Shown here one piece after another: positions 1 to 7,969 of a DNA stretch of 32,000 nucleotides. The stretch's first letter is position 1, and each line of letters starts with the position of its first letter. A program made the position numbers and the translations under genes. This DNA comes from Candidatus Saccharimonadota bacterium (lineage in GTDB: Bacteria > Patescibacteriota > Saccharimonadia > Saccharimonadales > UBA4665): the NCBI GenBank assembly GCA_016700375.1, contig CP065016.1, positions 1,140,001-1,172,000 of the forward strand, in the 5' to 3' direction. The notes under the pieces are model-generated. The model worked only from the letters and a program-made list of their open reading frames with translations, made no database searches and had not been told where the DNA came from.

Positions 1-1
1 T

Positions 2-397
2 ACGGGCAAAACCATACTCATGGACGGAGCACATAACGGGCAGAAAATGAGTGCGTTTTGGCAAAGTTTTGCTGCAAAATATCCTGGTGTGAAGCCAGTC
101 GTACTGCTCGCCCTGAAGCAGGGTAAAGAAATAGCCGATATTGTTCCGCTACTGCAAAACCACGCCGCTGAAGTCATAGTTACGACCTTCACCAAAACAC
201 AGGACTTGCCCCTGCTTTCCATAGGACCAAGTGAAATCACCAGCGTACTACAGGCAAATGGAGTGAAATGTCGTGCCGTACACAGTCAAAAGGAGGCATA
301 TGAAACGTTCCTCCATCACGTTCAAGATATTGGTGTTATAACGGGTTCTTTCTTCCTCATTTCTCAGCTTCGGGAAGGACATAGAGAACTCAGATGA
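2..397 (+). CDS. folC: Folylpolyglutamate synthase / dihydrofolate synthase, C-terminal fragment (5' end lies outside the window)
   Basis: The frame is open to the window edge. Translation TGKTILMDGAHNGQKM... carries the Mur-ligase/FolC 'DGAHN' motif, followed by a C-terminal-domain-like sequence. TGA stop at 395-397. Confidence 0.75.
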   Translation, partial: TGKTILMDGAHNGQKMSAFWQSFAAKYPGVKPVVLLALKQGKEIADIVPLLQNHAAEVIVTTFTKTQDLPLLSIGPSEITSVLQANGVKCRAVHSQKEAYETFLHHVQDIGVITGSFFLISQLREGHRELR

Positions 398-402
398 TAT
401 TT

Positions 403-475
403 TGTCATTCTGAGCGAATGCGAAGAATCTTCTCTGGACTTCATAGGAGATCTTACGCTCATGCTCAAGATGACA
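403..475. repeat. Imperfect 73-bp palindrome of the 'TGTCATyCTGAGCGAAg' repeat family
   Basis: tgtcattctgagcgaatgcgaagaatcttctc (403-434) pairs with ggagatcttacgctcatgctcaagatgaca (446-475). Related cores recur at 6653-6690, 18770-18868, 23210-23269, 27059-27084 and 31820-31859. Confidence 0.7.
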
Positions 476-509
476 AGATGGTGGCGGGGTGCATTAGGAG
501 AAGACAATC

Positions 510-1019
510 ATGATTCGGGATATTGTGGCGGTTGATGAAAAAGGTGGTATGGCAAAAAGGGGTAAAACCCCATGGTTTATACCGGAAGACCTTACGTATT
601 TTCACGAACAGAGCAAACGGTTTGGCGGCAACCTGCTCATTGGGCGTGGCACCTACGAGGCTATGAAAAAGGGGTTAGTCGAAAGACACGGTGCGAACGC
701 GTGGCCACCAGCTGGACGCCACTTGTATGTACTAACTTCTCATGACATACCAGACGAAACGAACGTAACCATCATTCATTCTCTCGAAAAATTTTTGGCA
801 GATATGGCCGCCGCTGGTAAAGATGTATGGAACGGCAGCATTGCCGAGGTGGAGCCAGACCAAATCTACCTGACTCGCGTGCATGCAGACTACGACTGCG
901 ACAAGTTTTACCCCATGGAACGACTACGAAACTTCACGCTCATAAAATCATGGCCGGGTACGCCAGGTGTAGATGAGCCGCAGTATACATTTGAGGTTTA
1001 CGAGCGTATAAAAAACTAA
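510..1019 (+). CDS. folA: Dihydrofolate reductase
   Basis: 169 aa. The N-terminus IVAVDEKGGMAKRGKTPWFIPEDLTYF...LLIGRGTYEAM fits the DHFR pattern (G-x-x-PW-x-x-P-x-D-x-x-F ... G-R-x-T-x-E). Size is typical, and a folC fragment lies upstream. Confidence 0.7.
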   Translation: MIRDIVAVDEKGGMAKRGKTPWFIPEDLTYFHEQSKRFGGNLLIGRGTYEAMKKGLVERHGANAWPPAGRHLYVLTSHDIPDETNVTIIHSLEKFLADMAAAGKDVWNGSIAEVEPDQIYLTRVHADYDCDKFYPMERLRNFTLIKSWPGTPGVDEPQYTFEVYERIKN

Positions 1020-1077
1020 GATAACACTGGCTTATATATAACCAAAGATACGAACGTAATAGAAAATTGTGTCTAGA

Positions 1078-1110
1078 AAAATGAAAAAGCCCAGACAAGC
1101 CGGACTTTTT
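1078..1110 (-). terminator. Possible rho-independent terminator downstream of the GIY-YIG gene
   Basis: On the minus strand, AGUCCGG-CUUGU-CUGGGCU forms a 7-bp stem (including G-U pairs) followed by UUUUUCAUUUUU. The stem is weaker on the plus strand. Confidence 0.35.
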
Positions 1111-1255
1111 CATGCGGATTGTCACTAGGTGACTCCCCGCACACTGCCCCGAAGGGCGGTGACCACCTCAACGATGGTATTTACCACTCTACGCTCATGC
1201 GCAAACCATTGCAAGCACGAGCATTTTATGATGTGGATAACCTGGGGATAAATCC

Positions 1256-1504
1256 CTATAGATAATGTCTTCTTAGGAAGGCGATACCGGAACCGGTTTT
1301 AAGATATTGCTCGTATGCAATGGCTTTATTCTTCGACGTAAAGGCAGTGTAAACGATTAAGTCCCAAGGACGGTACTTGCTCGTGTGTTTGCTGCGACCG
1401 GCATTATGATTGGTAAAACGTTGTCGTAAATTGGAAGTGATACCGACATATGTTTCATTGAACCGCTGACTTTTTAGCAGATAGACGTAATACACAGGTA
1501 GCAA
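1256..1504 (-). CDS. GIY-YIG nuclease family protein (small, stand-alone URI domain)
   Basis: 82 aa. YYVYLLKS...YVGITSNLRQRFTNHN...RPWDLIVY matches the GIY-(x10)-YIG ... R ... H/N core. The apparent start codon is TTG. Confidence 0.8.
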   Translation of the reverse strand: MLPVYYVYLLKSQRFNETYVGITSNLRQRFTNHNAGRSKHTSKYRPWDLIVYTAFTSKNKAIAYEQYLKTGSGIAFLRRHYL

Positions 1505-1634
1505 TAATATACAAAGAATCCTCCTTCGCGCAAGGCTTCGGAGGACATTCTATTTCATGGTTTGGACTAGTGGAATGTATCAGACAGAACACACGTTCGA
1601 TATATTTATTCTACGAAGCTTTAGCGAAGTAGAA

Positions 1635-1711
1635 TGGTACGCCCTGCAGGATTCGAACCTACGACCTTCTGTTCCGAAGACAGACGCTCTAATCCGCTGA
1701 GCTAAGGGCGC
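1635..1711 (-). tRNA. tRNA-Arg (anticodon TCG), CCA encoded
   Basis: The reverse complement GCGCCCTTAGCTCAGCGGATTAGAGCGTCTGTCTTCGGAACAGAAGGTCGTAGGTTCGAATCCTGCAGGGCGTACCA folds as a cloverleaf. Anticodon loop CTTCGGA, T-loop TTCGAAT. Confidence 0.9.
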
Positions 1712-1743
1712 GCAAATGTATGCATAGTATAACAGGGAAATAT

Positions 1744-2595
1744 CTAAATAACGAGGAGGATGACGCCAAAGGTGCACATGGCGGCAGCAGTGAGTTTGCG
1801 TGCAATGTTAGTGCGCTCGCTGCGCATAAAAGCAAAGGCCAGTAGGGCGGTGACGATTATTCCTGCTTGGCGAATAGGCGCTACGAGGCTAAAAGGACCG
1901 TATAGGTAGGCATAGTTCATAGCGGCATTGCCAAGTGCATATATCACTGCCAGGATGATCAGCAGACGAAGTACTTTACCGCGGATGAGGTTTTTACAGA
2001 GAGGTATTTTACTTGGTTGGACCATCAGTGAGCCGATGCCACCCAAAACAAACGAAAACCAAATCCATGTGATTGGCTCAACATTGCGAACGACATACGC
2101 AGAGCTGGCTATAGCTATGCCAAAAAGAAAACCGGTAATAAGCCCATATACAACGCCCTTACGCCTCCTGAATACTTGGCGGCTCTCGCTCAAAAGGACT
2201 ATGCTTCCAAAAACGAGTATGCCACCAGCGAGCTGTAGCCAACTGAGCCGTTCGTTGTACAGCCATATTCCAGCTAAGATTATCCATATGGCCTGCGTTG
2301 CAAACAACACCGAAAATACAGACGCATCTATATGTTTTAGCGTTTTTGCGTACACCACAGAACCAACCCCAAAACAAGCCGTGCAAAGCCCAACGGCAAA
2401 CCACTGAGAAGAGTACCCGGCAAACGATATGCCGTTAGCGAAAACCCATGGCAACATGACCGTCGCCACCGACAGCTGAAACATACCGGCAAACGCCACA
2501 TCATCTACCTTATAGCGGTGCAAAATAATTCTTTGGAGCAGTATTGAAACCGAAAGAAGTAGCACGGCAACAGCAATATACACCTGCCAGCTCAT
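1744..2595 (-). CDS. DMT-superfamily (EamA-like) transporter
   Basis: About 10 hydrophobic segments arranged as two EamA-like halves. I prefer the ATG at 2595, which forms an ATGA start/stop overlap with the upstream gene, over the ORF-track start at 2637. Confidence 0.8.
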   Translation of the reverse strand: MSWQVYIAVAVLLLSVSILLQRIILHRYKVDDVAFAGMFQLSVATVMLPWVFANGISFAGYSSQWFAVGLCTACFGVGSVVYAKTLKHIDASVFSVLFATQAIWIILAGIWLYNERLSWLQLAGGILVFGSIVLLSESRQVFRRRKGVVYGLITGFLFGIAIASSAYVVRNVEPITWIWFSFVLGGIGSLMVQPSKIPLCKNLIRGKVLRLLIILAVIYALGNAAMNYAYLYGPFSLVAPIRQAGIIVTALLAFAFMRSERTNIARKLTAAAMCTFGVILLVI

Positions 2596-4007
2596 GGGGT
2601 AATCCGGAGCTTCGCTGTTCGAAACAATGTTCGCCACAAACCGCGGTGCGTATCTAATTTGAAACGCTCACGTACGCGAACCTTTTCGTAAACCGTTGGC
2701 TGATATGACGTTTGATATGTACGACGTAGTTTTTGGTACTTATTCTTATGGTAGATATGCCAAAAGTCTTCCTCGGAATAGTATGTGTGGGCATAGAACC
2801 ACTTTTTCCCACCCAACTGGGTCAGTTTTTTTTCAATTGAGCGATTTGCCCGTAAAAACTGATTATAATCTGGTATAAACTCACCCCACACGCCGACATT
2901 TATAACGAGTGGAGTTGGTAAGTTACTCGAGATGAATGGCGATAGCTTGTCGGTTTTAAGTGGACAGAGCCATAGTGGATAGATGCCTAACGTATTGTCA
3001 ACGAAATTCATGAACTCTACAGCTTTTTCTACGGGCAGCGCCAGATCCTGTACGACATGATGCTGAGACATGCCACTTTCCTGGAGTGCTTCATATAGTT
3101 TGCGGGTGTGGAGCATCCAGTTAAGTAATCTGCGCCAAAATTTTGTAAAAGGAATGTCGAATACCTTAAAAGCATATTTACCGACCCAAAACGCACCTCG
3201 GTCGTAGCGGAACAAATAGTCGGTTAGTGGGATTATTTTGTTCCAGATGCCCCCATGGGATTCTTTTTCGGCGTCAAGGTAAAACCGTTCATCACGGGCG
3301 CGACTGAAGCGGGTGACTACGCCAGCTTTTTCATTTGTAAGCGAGCCAACCATAATGACGCCACGGTCGCGTGCGAACATAATCCCGTCTATGTAATCGG
3401 GTTTTTTGGCTGCTTCTTTTTGCATGAGTGACACTGCAGCGTCGAAGCTTTTGACGGGAAAATACGTAAGCCGTACATATTTTTTGGCAGGAATGAGGCG
3501 AAGCTCTATCGCCGTCATTACGCCAAGGGTGCCATAGGAGCCTGCTGTGCCATAAAATAAGTCAGCGTGTTTCTTTGGGCTGCAATTCGTAATCGTGCCG
3601 TCCCCGGTAATTATCTCGTATGATGTACAAGTGCTATGAAAGCAGCCATACCGGAAGGAGCTACTTTCGCCGGCTCCGCCCTGTACGCCGCCACCCACCG
3701 TAATGCCGGGGAATTCCATAACAACCGGTGGAATGAGACCGTGTTTTAGCGTGGCGCGGACGAGTTTGTCCATGGGGACGTTTGGCTCTACGAGGGCGGT
3801 TTTGGTCTTTGGGTCAATATGCAAGATGTGGTTAAGCCCACTGGCGTCGAGCATTTCGCTCCGTTTAAAAACTTGAATCCGGGTGGAATTTGTGCTGCCA
3901 TGGTAAATTTTAAAGGGTTTCTTTTGCTCGTAAAATCCTGCGACTTGTGCGGCTAGCGCCGCAACCCGTTCTTTGTGCGTTTGTTTCATCTGCGCAGATT
4001 GTATCAT
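2592..4007 (-). CDS. FAD-binding oxidoreductase of the DHCR24/DIMINUTO (delta-24-sterol-reductase-like) family
   Basis: 471 aa. It has a PCMH-type FAD domain (GITVGGGVQGGAGESSSFRYGCF, DLFYGTAGSYGTLGV). Long C-terminal matches, recalled from human DHCR24, include RLIPAKKYVRLTYFPV vs RIIPAKKYVKLRFEPV and QHHVVQDLALPVEK...IYPLWLCPL vs QHHVVQDMLVPMK...VYPIWLCPF. Confidence 0.8.
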   Translation of the reverse strand: MIQSAQMKQTHKERVAALAAQVAGFYEQKKPFKIYHGSTNSTRIQVFKRSEMLDASGLNHILHIDPKTKTALVEPNVPMDKLVRATLKHGLIPPVVMEFPGITVGGGVQGGAGESSSFRYGCFHSTCTSYEIITGDGTITNCSPKKHADLFYGTAGSYGTLGVMTAIELRLIPAKKYVRLTYFPVKSFDAAVSLMQKEAAKKPDYIDGIMFARDRGVIMVGSLTNEKAGVVTRFSRARDERFYLDAEKESHGGIWNKIIPLTDYLFRYDRGAFWVGKYAFKVFDIPFTKFWRRLLNWMLHTRKLYEALQESGMSQHHVVQDLALPVEKAVEFMNFVDNTLGIYPLWLCPLKTDKLSPFISSNLPTPLVINVGVWGEFIPDYNQFLRANRSIEKKLTQLGGKKWFYAHTYYSEEDFWHIYHKNKYQKLRRTYQTSYQPTVYEKVRVRERFKLDTHRGLWRTLFRTAKLRITP

Positions 4008-4822
4008 GTTTTTCGGCGGGTACGGAGGGCGTGGAGGAGGTCAATCATGATGAAGCTAATGAGCATCAGGAGTAGCCAGGCGCCTAGTTTGTGTATGCTC
4101 ACTAGGTGCCATTCAGTTGCCTGGTTTGGGTACAGCCAGCTTTTTGTGAAGGTGCCAATGTTTTCAGCCAGCCACACAAAAAAGGCCGACAAAAGAGCGG
4201 TGACCAAAAACGGCATGCGCCGTTCCGTAGTGTGTACGGTGTAGTAGGTCCAGGTGCGACCATATAGGACAAGGGTTGCACCAAAGAGCAACCAGCGGAT
4301 GTCATAGGTGTAGTGGTGCGAGAAAAAGTTCAAATAGATTGCGGCCGCAAGTAAAATGGTATACAGGCGCTTTGGGTAGGGGCGGAATTCAAGCGCAAGG
4401 ACTCGCCACGCACGAGCAATGAAGCTACCAACCGCAGCATACATAAAGCCCGAATACAGCGGTACTGTGGCTAGTTTAAAAACGGCATCTTCAGGGTACG
4501 ACCAAGACCCAATCCCTGGTGCCGTTTTGAATAGTTCCATACCGAGACCCACAAGGTGAAAAATGAGTATGGTTACAACTTCGTGTGGCTTTTCGAGCTT
4601 TGTTGCGACCAGTACCAGCTGAATGAAGACTGCAAAGAGAAATAGCCAATCGTAACGGGCAAGCAGGGGAAGCTCAACATACTTGGTGACGATAATAGTC
4701 CCGAGCATAAGCCCGCCAAATATCGCTGCCCAGCCAAGTTTGATAGTAAACGCAAAGAGCCATCCGCCTGGGAATTGTTCTACTCTCTGTAAAAAACGCC
4801 ATTTTTTACCTGGGTTTGTCAT
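4004..4822 (-). CDS. DUF817-family integral membrane protein
   Basis: Multi-TM protein with FHLVGLGMELFKT...GSWSYPE...VPLYSGFMYAAVGS...AENIGTF..WLYPNQ, as I recall for DUF817. The preferred start is ATG 4822 (MTNPGKK). The stop overlaps the next start as ATGA at 4004-4007. Confidence 0.75.
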   Translation of the reverse strand: MTNPGKKWRFLQRVEQFPGGWLFAFTIKLGWAAIFGGLMLGTIIVTKYVELPLLARYDWLFLFAVFIQLVLVATKLEKPHEVVTILIFHLVGLGMELFKTAPGIGSWSYPEDAVFKLATVPLYSGFMYAAVGSFIARAWRVLALEFRPYPKRLYTILLAAAIYLNFFSHHYTYDIRWLLFGATLVLYGRTWTYYTVHTTERRMPFLVTALLSAFFVWLAENIGTFTKSWLYPNQATEWHLVSIHKLGAWLLLMLISFIMIDLLHALRTRRKT

Positions 4823-4853
4823 GTGGCTATGATAGCATGCCGCAGGTAGGGGG

Positions 4854-5858
4854 TTAGGCGAGGAGGAGAGTGATGGTGAAGGTGGTGCCTTTGCCGCTTG
4901 CATTAGAGCGGGCGGCAATGTGGCCGTGGTGTGCGGATATGATTTGTTTGGCTATAGAAAGACCAAGGCCATGGCCAGCCACATTTTGACTGCTACGTGA
5001 TGTATCTGCCCGGTAGAAACGGTCAAAAATGTGGGGTAGGTCTTTTTCGGCAATACCGTGCCCGGTGTCGCTGATACTCAGTGTCGCCTGTTTGCCGCGT
5101 TTTTGAGCACTGAGGGTAATGGTCGATTTTGATGGGCTGTATTTCACGGCGTTGTCTAGCAAGATTACAAGTACGTCGGTAAGGCTTTCTGCGTTCGCAA
5201 CTACTGTGATATCTCGAACAGTATTTTCGATGGAGATTTTCTTTGCTTGCGCGAGCGGAATGGTGCGGTTGACGGCTTCTATGGCAGCCACTTCGAGTGA
5301 AGTGGGGGATAAGGATATATCGTGATTGTTCGCGAGCATCAGTAGTCGGTCAGTGAGCGTGCGCATGTGGTGAACTTCGTCGAGGCTGCTTGCAAGCAGG
5401 GCTGCGTGGCTGGCTTTGGTAGCAGTTTTATCACGCAAGCCAACCTCAATCTCCGACTGCATAATGGTGAGCGGGGTGCGCAGCTCGTGCGCGGCATCAC
5501 TACTGAACCGCGTTTGGCTTTCGAGCGCTTCTTCGACGGGTCGTAACGTACGTCGGGCAAGCAGGTAGCTCCCTATAGCTCCACCCGAAAGAACGACCAG
5601 ATTAAATAAGACTAATTGCCCAAGCAGGCGTGAGCGACTCTCGGCAACACGTTGTTCGCGCCACGTCCGAAAGCCATCGGCATCGTCGGCGAGGTTAATG
5701 AATATTTCACCTGCTCGAGGCGGGCGGTAGCTTCGCCCCAGCTCGTGCGTAGATATCTGGAAGACAATAAAACTAAACAGCAGGCTAATGAATAGTAAAA
5801 TCAGCGTGTACCACGCCGTGAGACGAAGGGTTGCAGAGTGAAACACTGGGTGTTTCAT
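4854..5858 (-). CDS. Sensor histidine kinase (two TM segments, HisKA + HATPase_c)
   Basis: H-box AAHELRTPLT, N-box LLDNAVKYSP, G1 DTGHGI and G2 GHGLGLSI. The start overlaps the regulator's stop as ATGA. Confidence 0.9.
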   Translation of the reverse strand: MKHPVFHSATLRLTAWYTLILLFISLLFSFIVFQISTHELGRSYRPPRAGEIFINLADDADGFRTWREQRVAESRSRLLGQLVLFNLVVLSGGAIGSYLLARRTLRPVEEALESQTRFSSDAAHELRTPLTIMQSEIEVGLRDKTATKASHAALLASSLDEVHHMRTLTDRLLMLANNHDISLSPTSLEVAAIEAVNRTIPLAQAKKISIENTVRDITVVANAESLTDVLVILLDNAVKYSPSKSTITLSAQKRGKQATLSISDTGHGIAEKDLPHIFDRFYRADTSRSSQNVAGHGLGLSIAKQIISAHHGHIAARSNASGKGTTFTITLLLA

Positions 5859-6535
5859 GCGACCTCGCTCAGTTTGTAGCCAAACCCGCGAACCGTGTGG
5901 ATAAGGGGTTTGGATTTGAACGGCTTATCAACTTTATTGCGCAGGTAACCTATGTAGGCTTCGACAGTGTTGGGCAAAATGTCTGCGTCAAAATCCCAGA
6001 CGTGATTGATGATGTTATCCTTACTCAAGACCCGTTCCTTGTTCCGCATAAGATATTCCAGTAGCGAATATTCGGTTTGCGAAAGGGCAATTGGCTTGCC
6101 TGCGCGGCGGACGTCATAACTCACGGTGTCGAGACTGAGATCACCGACCTGCAAATTTGTGCCACTTGTTTCGTGTGGGCGACGGGTAAGGGCGCGCAGG
6201 CGAGCTAGGAGCTCCTCAAATGAAAATGGCTTTACGAGGTAGTCGTCTGCACCGGCGTTGAGTCCAGCTACGCGGTCGCGGACCTGGCCTTTTGCGGTGA
6301 GCATAATGACGGGGGTTTTGACGCCCTTGCTGCGCAGTTTTTCGCATATTTCGAGCCCGTCCATACCGCCAGGGAGCATACGGTCAAGGATAATAACGTC
6401 GTAGTCGTCGCCAAGTGCGGCCGCCAAACCATCGGCACCGTCGTGACAGACCTCCACGGTTGAGTGTTCTTGCTCAAGCCCCAGTTTGATTGCGCGGGCG
6501 ATTTTGGGTTCGTCTTCTATAAGGAGTAGTTTCAT
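5855..6535 (-). CDS. OmpR/PhoB-family response regulator (receiver + winged-helix)
   Basis: Receiver signature MKLLLIEDEP...DVIILDRMLPGGMDG...LTAK. The C-terminal winged helix ends in TVRGFGYKL. Confidence 0.92.
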   Translation of the reverse strand: MKLLLIEDEPKIARAIKLGLEQEHSTVEVCHDGADGLAAALGDDYDVIILDRMLPGGMDGLEICEKLRSKGVKTPVIMLTAKGQVRDRVAGLNAGADDYLVKPFSFEELLARLRALTRRPHETSGTNLQVGDLSLDTVSYDVRRAGKPIALSQTEYSLLEYLMRNKERVLSKDNIINHVWDFDADILPNTVEAYIGYLRNKVDKPFKSKPLIHTVRGFGYKLSEVA

Positions 6536-6652
6536 ATGCTTTAGTCTGATACCTTTCCCTGAATTATACCTGAGAACACTCTGACTGGCATTGTGTAATG
6601 TGTGCGTTCTTATGAACGGAGCGAAAATATTCTCCTCAGCGCTGTTATCCCC

Positions 6653-6690
6653 GTCCTGAGCCTGTCATTCCCGCGCAGGCGGGAATCCAT
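6653..6690. repeat. GC-rich palindromic repeat (GTCATTCCCGCGCAGGCGGGAATCC type)
   Basis: Hairpin attcccgc-gcag-gcgggaat, preceded by gtcctgagc. It belongs to the same family as 27059-27084. Confidence 0.65.
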
Positions 6691-6957
6691 GCGCTTATAC
6701 AACCGTCTGTGCATTCACTAAACCTCACAGCCTCACTAACCCTCTCAATTCCTGCAGGCTCCCGCACCTGCCAAGCGGCTCATTTTGTACGGACAAAATG
6801 AGAGTAAACCGCCGGGGAGAATGCAAACGACCGGCTTACTTGCCCATGACTGCTTGCTTGTTTGGCTTGTGCAGAACTCACTGCACTTTGTTTCGTTCAA
6901 ACAGCTTCCGCGCGCAAGCAACCAAGCAGCCATGGGCAAATCAGTCGTTATGCAGCT

Positions 6958-7044
6958 ACGTTCCGTAGCCTCGGAACTTCTACCATGAAAGCATAGCTTC
7001 CAGGTGAAGATTCCCTTGCGACCCGCCACAGGCGGCTCTCACCC
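6958..7044. ncRNA. Conserved structured block, copy A (unknown RNA or DNA element; strand unresolved)
   Basis: About 87 nt align without gaps to 23295-23380, with roughly 60 identical positions by hand alignment. The block has two conserved hairpins, one with a compensatory pair change. It sits inside a ~650-nt ORF-free, hairpin-rich tract. Confidence 0.3.
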
Positions 7045-7214
7045 GGTTTCCCAAGAATCACCCCTTACTGCATCAAGAAAAGTACTCACCGTAGACCTCT
7101 CTGGCATAACCGTATCATGCGCTACTGTAAACTAGCGGCCTGAGACTGCGCCTTGAACGTTGGTTGCTGGGCGTTTGGCATTTGCTCATTGAAAATTGAC
7201 TCAAAATTGTAGAC

Positions 7215-7263
7215 TGAAAACGAAATTACAAACACCCCGGGTGAAACTACCAAGGGTGTTTGT
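7215..7263 (-). terminator. Rho-independent terminator of the 7280-7834 gene
   Basis: On the minus strand, ACAAACACCC...GGGTGTTTGT forms a 10-bp stem followed by AATTTCGTTTTC, 17 nt after the stop codon. Confidence 0.6.
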
Positions 7264-7279
7264 GGCGGATGCGGTGAAA

Positions 7280-7834
7280 TTACTGGTTGACTTTCGTGTT
7301 GGCATTTTGCGAAGAATCACCTCGTTTGTGGTCGCCACGTGGTCCACCGGGGCCTCCCGGGCCGCCGTGACCGCGCCCGCCGCCAAAGACGAGGTAGCGG
7401 TAGTCGGTCGATATGCCGTTGTCGCTAAACCACTTATCGAGAGCGGTGCGTTCAGCATCCATAGCTGCTTTTCGCTCGGCGTCGGTTTTGCTATCCATGC
7501 TGGCGCGGTTGGCCTCACGGGTTTTTTGCAGTTCGGCACGCTTGGCAGTGATGGCATCGGCTTGCGCTTGGGTAAGCTTGCCGTCTTTCACCAGAGTAGC
7601 GAGTTCAGTTTTCACTTCTGCTTCACGCTGGGCTTTCATTTCGGCGCGGTTGGCGTCAAACACTGACTGCACATCACTTTCTTTCAGGTTAAATTTCTTC
7701 GCAATGGCGCTGACGAGGCCCGACATAGGGTGGGAGCCATTGTTTTGCGTGGCGGCGCTTGCCATACCGAGTCCGGTGAGTCCGGTGACGGCCACCATAG
7801 CAGCGACGCCTGCGGTTACTAACGATTTCTTCAT
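7280..7834 (-). CDS. Secreted helical protein with an LTxxQ-like motif and a Gly/Pro-rich tail (hypothetical)
   Basis: Signal peptide MKKSLVTAGVAAMVAVTGLTGLGMASA. The body is rich in charged and Ala residues and contains GKLTQAQADAI. The C-terminus is GGGRGHGGPGGPGGPRG. AAGGAG lies 7 nt before the ATG at 7834, so I prefer that start to 7840. Confidence 0.7.
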   Translation of the reverse strand: MKKSLVTAGVAAMVAVTGLTGLGMASAATQNNGSHPMSGLVSAIAKKFNLKESDVQSVFDANRAEMKAQREAEVKTELATLVKDGKLTQAQADAITAKRAELQKTREANRASMDSKTDAERKAAMDAERTALDKWFSDNGISTDYRYLVFGGGRGHGGPGGPGGPRGDHKRGDSSQNANTKVNQ

Positions 7835-7969
7835 GGGCATTCTCCTTTACGGTTGATATGTGTTGCAACTGCCGTATGATACCCATGTTTCATGAGAGCT
7901 TCCTGAGACACTCACTGCTTGAGGTTATGGTTATGCAGTGCTACGATGAATGTAAGGAGATTCTTTGCG

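Noticed and set aside
1580-1777. 65-aa minus-strand ORF.
   Set aside because: It is a translation straight through tRNA-Arg, so it is an artefact.
4823-4918. N-terminal extensions given by the ORF track: DUF817 to 4918, EamA to 2637, murI from 14171, HK from 20920, RAYT from 16393.
   Set aside because: The extensions overlap neighbouring genes or repeats and lack homology. Internal ATGs give ATGA coupling or start at the conserved N-termini.
6800-6850. RNase P RNA-like fragments (GUAAAC...ACGACCGGCUUAC).
   Set aside because: The universally conserved GGAAAGUCCGG (P4) sequence is absent on both strands, and the spacing is far too short.
6958-7044. Plus-strand resemblance of block A (CCAGGTGAAGATTCCC...CCCGCCACAGG) to the cobalamin or FMN riboswitch core.
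   Set aside because: Only a short stretch resembles the GGUGAAAUUCC / CCCGCCAC motifs. The rest of either consensus is missing. Copy B lacks the GGUGAA part, and no plus-strand gene follows either copy.
7196-7856. Plus-strand ORFs 7196-7666 and 7413-7856, and minus-strand ORF 7201-7557.
   Set aside because: They are shadow ORFs overlapping the 7280-7834 gene, which has a signal peptide, an RBS and a terminator. Their translations are Ala/Ser/Arg-rich with no motifs.
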